Positions 9,256 to 19,737 of a stretch of DNA of 64,000 nt are shown in pieces. Both the position numbers and the translations under genes were made by a program. The notes below the pieces were generated by a model. It saw only the letters and a list, made by a program, of their open reading frames with translations. It was not told the origin of the DNA and did not search any database. Where the stretch lies: NCBI GenBank assembly GCA_963806185.1, contig CAWDXE010000006.1:32001-96000 (forward strand), in the 5' to 3' direction. Origin of the DNA: an uncultured candidate division Zixibacteria bacterium (GTDB lineage: Bacteria; Zixibacteria; MSB-5A5; GN15; FEB-12). Position 1 is the first letter of the stretch, and every line of letters begins with the position of its first letter.

Positions 9256-10968
9256 CTATTTCCCCAATAACCGCTTCAACAACCCGAGCATCCTGGGTCC
9301 GGCTATAGTACGGATCGATTGACGTACCATTCCTTTGGCACGCAGCTTCCGCAAGCCGGGGGAGTCCTGAAGATCAATCTCTATGAGCTGGACGCCGCGC
9401 GCGGCGATAGCTTCCCGCAACATCGCCTTGAGACTACCCTCAGCCAGCCGATACCCTGCACCGACCGCTTCGCTGTGCAGTGAGAAATCAGGATTGGCCA
9501 GGGTCACGGCATGTTCCTGACCGAATTGGCCTACCTGTTGAAGTCGAATCAGCCCCAGATATCCATCGGTGAAAACGCAAACCAGCAGGGGAATCTGCTC
9601 GCGAACGGCCGTGACCAGCTCCATTGCCGACATCGCCATCCCGCCGTCGCCGATAATCACCACTACGGGACGGTCGGTTGCGGCTAGTTGTGCGCCGATT
9701 GCCGCCGGCAGAGCGAACCCCATCGACTGGAAATCGGTCGGGCAGATCATGCCGCGTGGCGACTTGACTGTGAAATGAGTGCGAGTCAATGCCTGATGAA
9801 AGCCGGAATCGGTAACAACGATCGCGTTATCCGGCAGCAATTCACGCAGGGTGGCAAAAAAGCCGGGCATATCGCCGGGGGTAGTCCCCCGAATCGACGG
9901 GGACGGGGCCAACAGAGCGAGTTGCTCTTCGTGCAGCCGCTGCTTGAATCTCGCAATTTCATCTGCTGTCCAACCCGTGGCGGCGCCAATCGCTTCAACC
10001 CGCGTCCCGATCGCCGCCAGCGTTTCGCCTGCATCCGCACATATCGTCATCGACGCCGTATAATTGGCGTTGAGGACGTCGCCGGCAGTGTCGACATGAA
10101 TCAACTTGTCCTGCGCGATGGAGAGCTCAAACCCGCCGGTACCGTTGTGAGTGAATTTACATCCCAGCACGACAATGAGGTCGGCTTCGGCCAGAATAGC
10201 GTTGATCGTCTTCCTTCCGCCCCAACTGAAATCATAATAGCAGCTCCGCGCGCCGTCTTCCGGAACTATCCCCCGCCCCGAACAGGTCGTCATCACGACG
10301 GCGTTTCGCTTGTCGGCGAGGGCGGCGACATGACTCGCGGCGTCGGCGGCGCCCTGCCCGCAGAAAAGCACCAGCTTCGTGGCACTGTTGATTCGTGTGA
10401 TTAGTGAATCGCACTCTGACGCCGACGGCTTCGGACGCACGTAGCCGGAGAGAGCCGTGATCTCCCTGCCCGAGCTCGCCGCAATAACCGAGCGCGATAT
10501 CTCCACGGTGACAGGGCCCGGTTCGCCGGAGAGGGCCTCCGTGTACCCGGAGACAATGGCGCCGACGAGATCGTCGACGCAGGTTACCTCGATGAATCGC
10601 TTAACGAGCGGCTGAAGCATCTCTCTCTGCTTGAGGGCCTGCAACTGAAATCTGCGGGTGGGATGTTCGTCCGCCTTGATCGTGATATGCAGTAAGGCCG
10701 CGGAATCGTGCCGCGCCTCGGCCAAAGCGGTGATCGCGTAGGTCAGACCGGGACCGGAGATGGTCATGAGCACGCCGACTTTGCCCGACGCACGATAGTA
10801 CCCGTTCGCCATGAAGCCGGCTGAAAGTTCATGCGTCGCGAGAACAAAGCGAAGTGAGGAGCGGCGCAATTCCTCGATCAACCCGACATTCTGCGTCCCG
10901 GGCAGACCGAACAGGGTCGTCACGCCCAGCTTTTCAAGCGTCCTGCAGACTATTGCCCCACCGGTCAT
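9256..10968 (-). CDS. thiamine-diphosphate-dependent enzyme (acetolactate synthase-like superfamily)
   Basis: FGLPG, HELSAGFMA (catalytic Glu), SGPG, SMGFALPAAIGA, GDGG motif. Confidence 0.9.
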   Translation of the reverse strand: MTGGAIVCRTLEKLGVTTLFGLPGTQNVGLIEELRRSSLRFVLATHELSAGFMANGYYRASGKVGVLMTISGPGLTYAITALAEARHDSAALLHITIKADEHPTRRFQLQALKQREMLQPLVKRFIEVTCVDDLVGAIVSGYTEALSGEPGPVTVEISRSVIAASSGREITALSGYVRPKPSASECDSLITRINSATKLVLFCGQGAADAASHVAALADKRNAVVMTTCSGRGIVPEDGARSCYYDFSWGGRKTINAILAEADLIVVLGCKFTHNGTGGFELSIAQDKLIHVDTAGDVLNANYTASMTICADAGETLAAIGTRVEAIGAATGWTADEIARFKQRLHEEQLALLAPSPSIRGTTPGDMPGFFATLRELLPDNAIVVTDSGFHQALTRTHFTVKSPRGMICPTDFQSMGFALPAAIGAQLAATDRPVVVIIGDGGMAMSAMELVTAVREQIPLLVCVFTDGYLGLIRLQQVGQFGQEHAVTLANPDFSLHSEAVGAGYRLAEGSLKAMLREAIAARGVQLIEIDLQDSPGLRKLRAKGMVRQSIRTIAGPRMLGLLKRLLGK

Positions 10969-10978
10969 GGTTGCACCT

Positions 10979-12025
10979 TCATCGTACTCGTTTCAGTAAT
11001 CGTCCCGCCAGAACCTTGCCTTTGTCGACGGCCATCTGTCCGCGATGCATCCAGCGGTAGGCAGCCGAATCGGGGCGGGAGAGCATTGAGTTCATCACCA
11101 GATCGCCGCCCAATTGCCCTTTGAACTTGCTGACCGGATTCGGAAAAGCATCGGTGAGGTCGTTTCCGGTGTGTCCGAGTTTTGCCAGCGCTTCGAACGA
11201 GCGCCACCGCAGGAACGGGTTCACGCCGATATTGAGAAACTCACCGTCGGCGGCGGCCGACACCGTGTGCGTGACCGGATGGCGGCCGGTCAACACCAAT
11301 TGCGACGCCACCGCGCGGCCATCGGGCATCCGCGCCTGAAACAGTTTGCAGGTTCCCTGCGCATAAAGCAGGCGGAAATACGATTCGTATTTTTCGCGAG
11401 GCAGATAAATATATGCCCCCTTGCGTTCGGCGGTGGAGGTGTGCATCGCGTAGTAACTGCCAAAGTCATCGTCATCGGTGAAAACGACACCCTTCTCGGT
11501 GGCCCGATTGATCAGTCGCCGGAGATTCTGCTCCACCCGTCCCCAGGCAACCTGCATGTCTGACAGGGACACGACGTAACTGTAGTCGGGGCTGATGCGC
11601 CAGTTGCGCAGGAAGAACGGTCGAAGATCGGTGACGGTGTGTCGATTGTGCAGCGACAGGCGGGCATATTTCTCACCGCTCAGTACCTCCTCAATCGCGG
11701 CCAACGCGGCAAACTGACGGTCGGTTCGTTCCGACGGATATTTTGTCGCATAGTCTTTGAGCACGAGGCCGTTATAATAAAGCAGCAAGCGATTGGCGAC
11801 AAACACTCCGGCAGGACTTGGCCGCTCGAACAGCGCCACGCCGCCTACCAGTTCGTCACCCTGAAAAGCACCCAGAAGCCGAAACGACCCGCCCGCCGTC
11901 CGACACAAAATGTCGAGATACTCCGGCGTGCTGTAGATACTCCCCGAAGGTGCCGCCGCCACCATGGTGTTCCAGTCGGCATATTCGGACTCGGTGAGGA
12001 AACGGGCGGTCGGCTTGGTGGCCAT
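10979..12025 (-). CDS. GNAT-family (FemAB/BcsL-like) acyltransferase
   Basis: WNTMVAAAPSGSIYSTPEYL, NLRRLINRA, FKGQLGG patterns typical of glycan-locus GNATs. Confidence 0.75.
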   Translation of the reverse strand: MATKPTARFLTESEYADWNTMVAAAPSGSIYSTPEYLDILCRTAGGSFRLLGAFQGDELVGGVALFERPSPAGVFVANRLLLYYNGLVLKDYATKYPSERTDRQFAALAAIEEVLSGEKYARLSLHNRHTVTDLRPFFLRNWRISPDYSYVVSLSDMQVAWGRVEQNLRRLINRATEKGVVFTDDDDFGSYYAMHTSTAERKGAYIYLPREKYESYFRLLYAQGTCKLFQARMPDGRAVASQLVLTGRHPVTHTVSAAADGEFLNIGVNPFLRWRSFEALAKLGHTGNDLTDAFPNPVSKFKGQLGGDLVMNSMLSRPDSAAYRWMHRGQMAVDKGKVLAGRLLKRVR

Positions 12026-13222
12026 CTAAACGTTCTTCCCTACTATGGGCATTTGCGCCAGCTTATTGATCAGCACGGTGCCGATTTGGCAAAGCGACGG
12101 CAGTGGATCGTCGAGCCGAAACACGGCCGGCCGGGCCGACCACCACGACTTCGCCCAGGCGCCGGCCGACAACTGGTGTTCGCGATGCAGTTTGCGACAA
12201 GCCGGAAAATCATTCAGGAAGAAGGCCATACGGCGATCGACCACGTATTCGGTAATAGTTGAAATGTCCATCTCCAGTGCGTCGCGATAAGCCATTTGAG
12301 TCGTGTCTACACCGCACCAGGCCGCGAATTCGTTGTACCACCAAGGCCGAGTGTTCACTTCCAGAATCTTGTACAAATTGTCGCGTTCATCCCATTTGAA
12401 TTCCGCGGAAAACACACCCCGATACGGGACGGCGGCGAATATCTTGTCGAGCGAGTCTGACGCCTGTGCCAGTTTCTCAAGCGGAAGCGAAACCATGTAA
12501 GAACTGTCGCCAAAATCCGGCGGATATATACGCAATCGTCGACGGGCAAATTTCGCCCGGATATTGCCGCCGCGATCAATGAACCCGTCGATGAAATAGT
12601 GCCGGTCGGACGGACCGGGGATATACTTTTGCAGCACCACCGACAGCCCGGCGGCATCAATGTCACTCCATCGCGCCAGCGCATCCTCCCGGTTGTTCAC
12701 GCGAAACGCTTTCCGCTTGAAATGGCGGGCAAACGCCTGCGAATCGCGCGGCTTCAGAAATCCGTCCACGAATTGATCATCCGTCAGTTGTTTCAATGTC
12801 TCCGCCGAACTAATAATCACCGTGGTCGGATGAGGTACGTGCAACTTATCCAGAAGAATGGCAAAAGCACCCTTATCGTGGAATAACTCCACGGATGCAA
12901 GCGGCGGCAAACTGGTAGCAAAGCGTTCCTTAAACGAAACGTCGAGCTGCGCTACCGCACGAACGGCGTGATCAGAGCAGGGGATGAGCACCGCCCGCGC
13001 AATGGGCAATCCATCCAGAAACGAGGCCAGTTCCGACAAATCCTCGAGTTGGCCCAGGTGACGCGGCAGCGGCCGATAGTGGGTGGAGTGCGCTACAAAA
13101 TCGGTCGTGGGCAAAACACAGTGGGCCGTGATGCTCTGGCTGCTCAGACTGCGCAGTACGCCCAGGACGGTCATCCCCTGACCAATGACAAGAGCCGGTA
13201 TAGTATAATCGATTCGTTCCAT
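12026..13222 (-). CDS. ATP-grasp carboxylate-amine ligase (D-aspartate-ligase-like)
   Basis: LGVLRSL, LIPCSD, DKGAF, LKP, QKYIPG, EFKWDERD...LEVNTR. Confidence 0.8.
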   Translation of the reverse strand: MERIDYTIPALVIGQGMTVLGVLRSLSSQSITAHCVLPTTDFVAHSTHYRPLPRHLGQLEDLSELASFLDGLPIARAVLIPCSDHAVRAVAQLDVSFKERFATSLPPLASVELFHDKGAFAILLDKLHVPHPTTVIISSAETLKQLTDDQFVDGFLKPRDSQAFARHFKRKAFRVNNREDALARWSDIDAAGLSVVLQKYIPGPSDRHYFIDGFIDRGGNIRAKFARRRLRIYPPDFGDSSYMVSLPLEKLAQASDSLDKIFAAVPYRGVFSAEFKWDERDNLYKILEVNTRPWWYNEFAAWCGVDTTQMAYRDALEMDISTITEYVVDRRMAFFLNDFPACRKLHREHQLSAGAWAKSWWSARPAVFRLDDPLPSLCQIGTVLINKLAQMPIVGKNV

Positions 13223-13521
13223 CTCTTTTCGTCGGATGCCCGTTTCACGGTTTTGGCAAGCGGAAGCAATGCCGTCCAGACGCCTCTGTAGGCCGACGAT
13301 GCCTCCTTATATCACACATAGGCGACACCAAGGCAACGTTAATCTTGACGGAGATCAGCCGGCGGCTCTTCACCAAATTCGGCGATATAACTTTGCCGCT
13401 CACTGCAAATCCTGTTGCGATTTATACTATCGACCGATTTCTTGCGGCGGGTAACATCCGACACTGCCGATAACGGTGAAATGAGCGAAAAATGTATGCC
13501 GATTCTTGATTGCGAGCGTAA

Positions 13522-15021
13522 ATGAGCGACACCCAGGTCAGCGCCAAAGTGCTGTCTTCCGGTATTCGATGGAGCGGCCTCGGCACGATCAGTCGAGCGG
13601 CTGTCCGCACCGTCATCTCCATCATCATGGCTCGTCTGCTGGCGCCGGCGGATTTCGGCCTGTTCGCCATGGCCTCGGTGATCACCGGCTTTCTTTCTAT
13701 CTTTCAGTATTTGGGAACCAGCGGTGTCATCGTCCAAAAAAAGGATCTCTCCCCGCACATCATTCACAGTCTCTTCTTTCTGAACACCGTCTTCGGCTTC
13801 GTCTTGTCGGTCGGACTGGCGCTCAGCGGTCCGCTGATCGGAAGATTATACGGCAACCCGGATGTCGGCCCGATCATTCAGGTCATCTCCGTCACCATCT
13901 TTCTTGCCTCACTCGGCGCCATTCCATCGTCGCTGCTCAATCGCAACATGCGCTTCGACAAGATTGCGCGCGTCGGTGTCTACTCCTCGATCGTCCAGGG
14001 AGTCGTGGCCATTAGCATGGCCTACTCCGGATTTGGTGTCTGGTCGCTGGTGGTAGCGAACATGATTGCCACCGCTACCGACACGATCCAAACGTGGTAC
14101 TACTCCGGCTGGAAACCGCGTCTTCAGTTTGTCTGGAAAGAGGTCAAGCCGCTCATGGGCTTTTGCCTGAGTATGACGGGGACTAACGTCGTCACCTACT
14201 TCACGTCGGACACCGATAAGTTTATAGTGGGAAAGTGGTTAGGGGCGATCAATCTCGGCTTGTACACCATGGCCTACCGCCTCACCCTGCAGCCGCTCGA
14301 CTTCATATATCCGGTGCTCACCAAGGTGCTCTTCCCGGCTTACTCACGCATGCAGGATGATGAAACCCAGGTCCAACGCGTCTACCTTCGCGCCTGCGGT
14401 GGTATCGCCTTCATCACCTTTCCCCTGATGATGGGAGTGGCCATTCTCGCCAAGCCATTTGTTCTCGTGGTACTCGGGGCAAAATGGGAGGCCGCTATCC
14501 CGCTCATCATCTGGATGGCCCCGATCGGCATGATGCTGTCCACCGTTACCCCCACCAACGGCGTCTTTCTCTCGCACGGCCGCGCCGATTACCAGTTCTG
14601 GCTGTCGATTATTACTGGCGGCATCATGATCGGTTCGTTTATTGCGGCTACTCAATGGGGGCTCAAAGCCGTGGTTCTCACCTACGCCGCCATTGCCGTC
14701 CCCCTTGTCTGGGTAAAATTCTGGCTTGCCGCACGGCTCTTGCATTTCTCCCCCTTCAAGCTCATTCACACCCTGCGGCCATACTTCGTTTGTGGTGCGA
14801 CCATGGTCGCCGCTCTGATCGTGGCCAGGTACCTTTCGAAGCTCGTAGACCTACCGGGCTGGCTTGAGCTCGGCTTCATGATTCTGATCGGGGCGATTGT
14901 GTATATCGCCGCCGTGCTGGTCGTCCGTCCACCTGCCCTCAAAGATTTTGTACAAATTCTCCCTACAGGCGTGAGGCGCCTCCTGCCCAAAAAGGTGACT
15001 GAGGAAGAGGCCGACGAGTAA
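13522..15021 (+). CDS. wzx: Wzx-type polysaccharide flippase (PST family)
   Basis: ARLLAPADFGLFA, GLYTMAY, VLFPAYSRMQ; many TM segments. Confidence 0.9.
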   Translation: MSDTQVSAKVLSSGIRWSGLGTISRAAVRTVISIIMARLLAPADFGLFAMASVITGFLSIFQYLGTSGVIVQKKDLSPHIIHSLFFLNTVFGFVLSVGLALSGPLIGRLYGNPDVGPIIQVISVTIFLASLGAIPSSLLNRNMRFDKIARVGVYSSIVQGVVAISMAYSGFGVWSLVVANMIATATDTIQTWYYSGWKPRLQFVWKEVKPLMGFCLSMTGTNVVTYFTSDTDKFIVGKWLGAINLGLYTMAYRLTLQPLDFIYPVLTKVLFPAYSRMQDDETQVQRVYLRACGGIAFITFPLMMGVAILAKPFVLVVLGAKWEAAIPLIIWMAPIGMMLSTVTPTNGVFLSHGRADYQFWLSIITGGIMIGSFIAATQWGLKAVVLTYAAIAVPLVWVKFWLAARLLHFSPFKLIHTLRPYFVCGATMVAALIVARYLSKLVDLPGWLELGFMILIGAIVYIAAVLVVRPPALKDFVQILPTGVRRLLPKKVTEEEADE

Positions 15022-15169
15022 TCTATCGCACTCTCCGTGTGCGCCCCGATCAGTCAATTTCCTGCAAGCTGGTGCATCGACTAACTCAGACTCTGAGTGT
15101 GAGACCGATTAGTGTCGGTCTCGTAGCCGGTTAGCCAAGGTCAATTCGGGCGTGCGGTCGGTATACGAT

Positions 15170-15198
15170 TTGCGTCGTTCCCCGCAATCGTATATAAT
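15170..15198 (+). promoter_or_regulatory. sigma70-type promoter of the main glycan operon, inside an inverted repeat
   Basis: TTGCGT-N17-TATAAT. Confidence 0.65.
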
Positions 15199-15204
15199 GC
15201 TTAG

Positions 15205-15454
15205 GCATACATTCCTTGAGGAGTGCGGCTGGACTTCCGGCTTGGATTTTGGAGCGGGAACCGGCCAGTCGTCAGCGAGCTCCGTCATTTGTTACGACCG
15301 ACGGCATACCTTCTCGGGATTTTCGGACGATTCTGCTTCTTGATCAACCATCAGGGAGCAATCGCCATCGGCTCTACGTTTCTAAGGTGGCGGGACATCT
15401 GGCCGATAATTGCCGTAAGTAGATGGCTTACCTAACGGAAGGACTTACCAACCT
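15205..15454 (+). ncRNA. candidate structured 5' leader RNA
   Basis: Stems with G-U pairs: 15227-15270, 15328-15364, 15367-72/15402-07, closing 15301-06/15411-16. Confidence 0.35.
15382..15409 (+). promoter_or_regulatory. sigma28 (FliA/WhiG)-like promoter
   Basis: CTAAG-N15-GCCGATAA, 45 nt before the ATG at 15455. Confidence 0.55.
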
Positions 15455-16519
15455 ATGAAGATTCTTGTCACGGGGCATCTCGGATATATTGGCGCGGCCA
15501 TGGTACCCATGCTCCAGGCAGCCGGCCACGAAGTTATCGGTTATGACGCCGACTACTACAACACCTCCACGTTTGGCCCGGAATTTCGACGTATCCCTTT
15601 TATTCACAAGGACATCCGCGACGCCCAGGTAAGTGATATGCACGGCATCGACGCCGTCATTCATCTGGCGGCCCTTTCCAACGACCCGCTGGGCGACCTG
15701 AATCGGTCGCTCACCTTTGATATCAACCATCTTGGCACCGTTCATCTGGCCGAGGTCGCCCGCGAGGCCGGCGTTACGCGGTTCCTCTTCTCCTCGTCCT
15801 GCTCAAACTACGGCGCTGCCGGTGATGAATTGTTGACCGAGGAGGCTGCTCTTAACCCGGTGACCGCTTACGGCGAGTCCAAGGTCCGAGCAGAGCAGGA
15901 TCTGGCTAAACTGGCCACGGACAAATTCGCCCCTGTGTTTATGCGCAGCGCCACCGCCTACGGTCTTTCGTCGCGACTCCGCTTCGACGTCGTACTGAAT
16001 AATCTCACCGCCTGGGCGGTAGCCTCCGGAAAAATCTACATAAAATCCGACGGCACCCCCTGGCGACCGATTGTCCATATCGAAGACATCACCCGCGCCT
16101 TCCTGGCGGCTCTCACCGCCCCCCGGGAATTGGTCGTCGGTCAGGCATTTAATGTCGGACGGACGCAGGAGAATTACCGGATACGCGATATCGCCGAAAT
16201 CGTCCGTCAGACCGTCCCGAGTACCGAAGTTGCGTATGCTCCCGATGGCGGTCCGGACAAACGATGCTACCGGGTTGACTGCTCCAGGATTGCGAAAGTC
16301 CTCCCTGCTTTCCAACCGCAATGGACCGCCCGCTCCGGCGCCGAACAGTTGTATAAAGCGTATGTCGCCAACGGACTGAAGCTCGAGGAATTCGAGGGGC
16401 CCCGCTACCGGCGTATCGATCAGATCAAGCAGATGCTGGCAAGCGGCCGGTTGGATCAATCGCTCCGCTGGACCTCCGGCTATGCCGAGTCCTCGACCCT
16501 CAACGTGAAGAACGGCTGA
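15455..16519 (+). CDS. NAD-dependent nucleotide-sugar epimerase/dehydratase (extended SDR)
   Basis: TGHLGYIG, HLAALSND, YGESK. Confidence 0.9.
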   Translation: MKILVTGHLGYIGAAMVPMLQAAGHEVIGYDADYYNTSTFGPEFRRIPFIHKDIRDAQVSDMHGIDAVIHLAALSNDPLGDLNRSLTFDINHLGTVHLAEVAREAGVTRFLFSSSCSNYGAAGDELLTEEAALNPVTAYGESKVRAEQDLAKLATDKFAPVFMRSATAYGLSSRLRFDVVLNNLTAWAVASGKIYIKSDGTPWRPIVHIEDITRAFLAALTAPRELVVGQAFNVGRTQENYRIRDIAEIVRQTVPSTEVAYAPDGGPDKRCYRVDCSRIAKVLPAFQPQWTARSGAEQLYKAYVANGLKLEEFEGPRYRRIDQIKQMLASGRLDQSLRWTSGYAESSTLNVKNG

Positions 16520-16544
16520 CACCGAAACCGGCAAAGGAGACTGC

Positions 16545-17819
16545 GTGAACTCGAAGGCTGAAACGATACTCACCTCCACCACTGCAGCCACGATTATGGC
16601 CTGTCGCTTCTGCAAGCGACCGCTTCGGCAATCATTAGTCGATCTGGGGATGTCTCCCCTCTGCGAAAGCTACGTTCCGCCGGAACGAGCCAACCAGATG
16701 GAACCGTTTTATCCCCTCCACGCCTACGTCTGTGACAACTGTTTCCTGGTTCAGCTCGACGAATACGTTTCCGCTCACGACATCTTCACCGAGTATGCCT
16801 ACTTCTCATCTTTTGCCGATAGCTGGGTCGAGCACTCAAAAAAATACTGTGAAATGATCGCCCGCCGCTGCAATCTCGGACACAACAGTCTCGTCGTGGA
16901 ACTGGCCAGCAATGACGGTTATCTGCTGCAGCATTTCCTGCCGCTGAATATCCCGGTATTGGGAATCGAACCGGCGGCCAACGTCGCCAAGGCGGCGGTC
17001 GAAAAGGGAATTCCCACACTCGTCGAGTTTTTCGGCGAACGACTGGCCACCCGGCTGTCCGATGAAGGGAAATACGCCGACGTTCTGCTCGGCAACAATG
17101 TTCTCGCTCAGGTGCCGGACGTCAATGACTTCGTCAAGGGGATGAAGATCCTGCTGAAGCTGCAGGGCGTGATCACCATGGAATTCCCTCATCTGATGAA
17201 ATTGATAGAGGAAAACCAGTTCGATACGATCTACCACGAGCACTTTTCGTATTTCTCATTTGTCACGGCTGAAAAGATCTTTGCCGCTCATGGCCTGACC
17301 ATATTCGACGTGGAAGAACTTCCGACCCACGGCGGTTCACTGCGCATTTATGCCCGGCATACCGGAGACCAGTCCAAACCGGTCTCGGCGCGCGCGATCG
17401 AAATGCGCGGGCGGGAACTGGCCGCTGGGGTAACCTCGATGAAGTACTACGCCGACTTCACGGAAAAGGTCAAAGAGACCAAGCGAAAACTGTTGAGCTT
17501 CTTGATTGAAGCACGACGGGCAGGCAAGAAGGTGGTCGGCTACGGCGCGCCGGGCAAAGGGAACACGCTGCTCAACTACTGCGGCATCCGCACCGATTTC
17601 GTTGAGTTCACCGTCGATCGCAATCCATACAAGCAGGGGAAATTTCTTCCCGGCACGCGCATTCCGATCTTCGCGCCGGAGAAAATTGCCGAAGCACGAC
17701 CCGATTATGTGTTGATTCTGCCCTGGAATTTCAAGGATGAAATTATCAAGCAGAATGCCTACATTCGGGAATGGGGCGGACAATTCGTGGTGCCGATCCC
17801 TGAAGTCACTGTCCTATGA
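16545..17819 (+). CDS. NDP-hexose C-methyltransferase family (SAM-dependent, Zn-binding N-terminus)
   Basis: CRFC...CDNC, ELASNDG, FDTIYHEH, THGGSLR, YGAPGKGNTLLN. Confidence 0.9.
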   Translation: MNSKAETILTSTTAATIMACRFCKRPLRQSLVDLGMSPLCESYVPPERANQMEPFYPLHAYVCDNCFLVQLDEYVSAHDIFTEYAYFSSFADSWVEHSKKYCEMIARRCNLGHNSLVVELASNDGYLLQHFLPLNIPVLGIEPAANVAKAAVEKGIPTLVEFFGERLATRLSDEGKYADVLLGNNVLAQVPDVNDFVKGMKILLKLQGVITMEFPHLMKLIEENQFDTIYHEHFSYFSFVTAEKIFAAHGLTIFDVEELPTHGGSLRIYARHTGDQSKPVSARAIEMRGRELAAGVTSMKYYADFTEKVKETKRKLLSFLIEARRAGKKVVGYGAPGKGNTLLNYCGIRTDFVEFTVDRNPYKQGKFLPGTRIPIFAPEKIAEARPDYVLILPWNFKDEIIKQNAYIREWGGQFVVPIPEVTVL

Positions 17820-18370
17820 AGTTTATCGAAACATCTATCCCGGGCGCCTTTGTCATTGATCCGGAGCGACTCGAAGACGAGCGCGGCTTTTTTGCCCGCT
17901 CCTGGTGCCGCGAAGAATTCGAAGCACACGGCTGCAATGCCGATCTGGCCCAGTGCAATATCTCGTTTAATCGCCGCAAGGGAACACTCCGGGGGATGCA
18001 TTACCAGGCTGCACCGCACGAGGAAGCCAAGCTGGTGCGCTGCACGCTGGGGGCAATTTACGACGTGGTGCTGGATCTTCGCCCCTCATCATCGGCATAC
18101 CTGAAACACTTCGGCGTGGTGCTTTCGGCCCAGAATCGCAGTATGCTGTACCTGCCCGAGGGAACCGCGCACGGTTTCCTGAGCCTCGAAGATAACACCG
18201 AGATCTTCTACCAGATGTCGTCCCTCTATGCACCCGGCGCGGCGCGCGGCTATCGGCACAATGACCCGGCCTTTGCCATAAAGTGGCCCGATGAGGTGGT
18301 CGTAATTTCCGAACGCGATCGCACCTATCCCGATTTCGCCGGCGTCCAATCGAAACGACAGACCATATGA
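17816..18370 (+). CDS. rfbC: dTDP-4-dehydrorhamnose 3,5-epimerase family
   Basis: DERGFF, GTLRGMHYQ, DLR, AHGF. Confidence 0.88.
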   Translation: MKFIETSIPGAFVIDPERLEDERGFFARSWCREEFEAHGCNADLAQCNISFNRRKGTLRGMHYQAAPHEEAKLVRCTLGAIYDVVLDLRPSSSAYLKHFGVVLSAQNRSMLYLPEGTAHGFLSLEDNTEIFYQMSSLYAPGAARGYRHNDPAFAIKWPDEVVVISERDRTYPDFAGVQSKRQTI

Positions 18371-19692
18371 ACCCGCCACTGCCGTTCAACCGACTCATCG
18401 AGTCGCTCGACCTGACCTCGTCCGGTCAACGGATGTACCGTCGTATCGCCGATCTCTACCCCATCTGTCGCAGCATCACCGGGCAGGGGATTCGCGACAC
18501 GCTCGACTACATCAAGCGCGAAATCGCATTGACCATACATCAGGTTCCCACCGGCACGCCCGTGCTCGACTGGACTGTTCCTCGCGAGTGGAATATTCGC
18601 GACGCCTACGTGATGAACTCTCGCGGCGAGAAGATCATCGATTTCAAGAAACATTCGTTATACATTCTCAATTACAGCGTCCCCTTCCGTGGTACGCTAA
18701 CGCGAGCGGAACTCCTGCCGCATCTGCATTCATTGCCGGAACAGCCGAGTCTGATCCCCTACCGGACGTCGTACTACAAAGAAGCCTGGGGCTTCTGCCT
18801 GCCGCATCGGCTGAAAGATTCGCTGCCGGAAGATACGTACGAAGTCGTCGTGGATTCTTCACTCGCCGACGGCCACCTGACCTACGGCGAGCTGGTTTTG
18901 AGAGGAGAAACGACCGATGAGATCCTTTTCTCCTGCCATACTTGCCATCCGTCGCTGGCCAACGACAATCTCTCCGGCGTCGCACTCGTGACTGAATTGG
19001 CCACCATCCTGAGTACGGCCAAACGCCGACATACCTACCGGTTTCTTTTCATCCCCGGGACGATCGGCGCTATCACGTGGCTGGCACGCAATGAGGCGAG
19101 TGTATCCACGATCAAGCACGGTCTCGTGGTCGCCTGCGTCGGTGATTCCGGCCCGATGAATTACAAGCGAAGTCGTCAGGGGAAAGCCGACATTGACCGC
19201 GCAGTCGAGCATGTTCTCAAACATCGCGGTCAACCGTTTGCGATTCGCGACTTCTCGCCGTATGGGTATGATGAACGTCAGTACTGCTCCCCCGGCTTCA
19301 ATCTACCGGTGGGATCGCTGACCCGGACCCCTCATGGTCAGTTCCCCGAATACCATACGTCGGCCGACAATTTGGACTTCGTCCGTCCGGAGGCACTCGC
19401 TGATTCACTCGGCGCCTATCTGACGGTTCTTGAGACGCTCGACGGGGACGCTCGCTATCGCAACCTTAACCCTAAGGGAGAACCACAGTTAGGCAAGCGC
19501 GACCTCTACCGGGCGATGGGCGGCCTACCCGACGCCGGTCGGCAGGAACTGGCTATGTTGTGGGTTCTCAATTTGTCCGATACCTTCCATACGCTTCTGG
19601 ACATTGCCGAACAGGCAAATTTGCCGTTTCGGCTGATCCGGCAGGCCGCCAGTTTACTCGAGGAACACAAACTCCTCGAAGCGGTTACGTGA
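18367..19692 (+). CDS. DUF4910/DUF2172 protein (M28 peptidase-like fold plus winged helix)
   Basis: PICRSITG, DWTVPREWNI, IPYRTSYY, CHPSLANDNLSG, DERQYCSPG, YHTSADN. Confidence 0.85.
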   Translation: MNPPLPFNRLIESLDLTSSGQRMYRRIADLYPICRSITGQGIRDTLDYIKREIALTIHQVPTGTPVLDWTVPREWNIRDAYVMNSRGEKIIDFKKHSLYILNYSVPFRGTLTRAELLPHLHSLPEQPSLIPYRTSYYKEAWGFCLPHRLKDSLPEDTYEVVVDSSLADGHLTYGELVLRGETTDEILFSCHTCHPSLANDNLSGVALVTELATILSTAKRRHTYRFLFIPGTIGAITWLARNEASVSTIKHGLVVACVGDSGPMNYKRSRQGKADIDRAVEHVLKHRGQPFAIRDFSPYGYDERQYCSPGFNLPVGSLTRTPHGQFPEYHTSADNLDFVRPEALADSLGAYLTVLETLDGDARYRNLNPKGEPQLGKRDLYRAMGGLPDAGRQELAMLWVLNLSDTFHTLLDIAEQANLPFRLIRQAASLLEEHKLLEAVT

Positions 19693-19737
19693 ACAAACAA
19701 GCGCCGCACTAAGGTGGGCGCCAAATATAGGTCCGGC

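Noticed and set aside
9256..10968. Housekeeping ilvB
   Set aside because: No ilvN/ilvC neighbours, divergent motif, in an apparent operon with glycan modifiers
15205..15454. Known c-di-GMP riboswitch or ops/JUMPStart element
   Set aside because: Consensus features (GCAAA/GNRA architecture, GGCGGTAG) not found by eye
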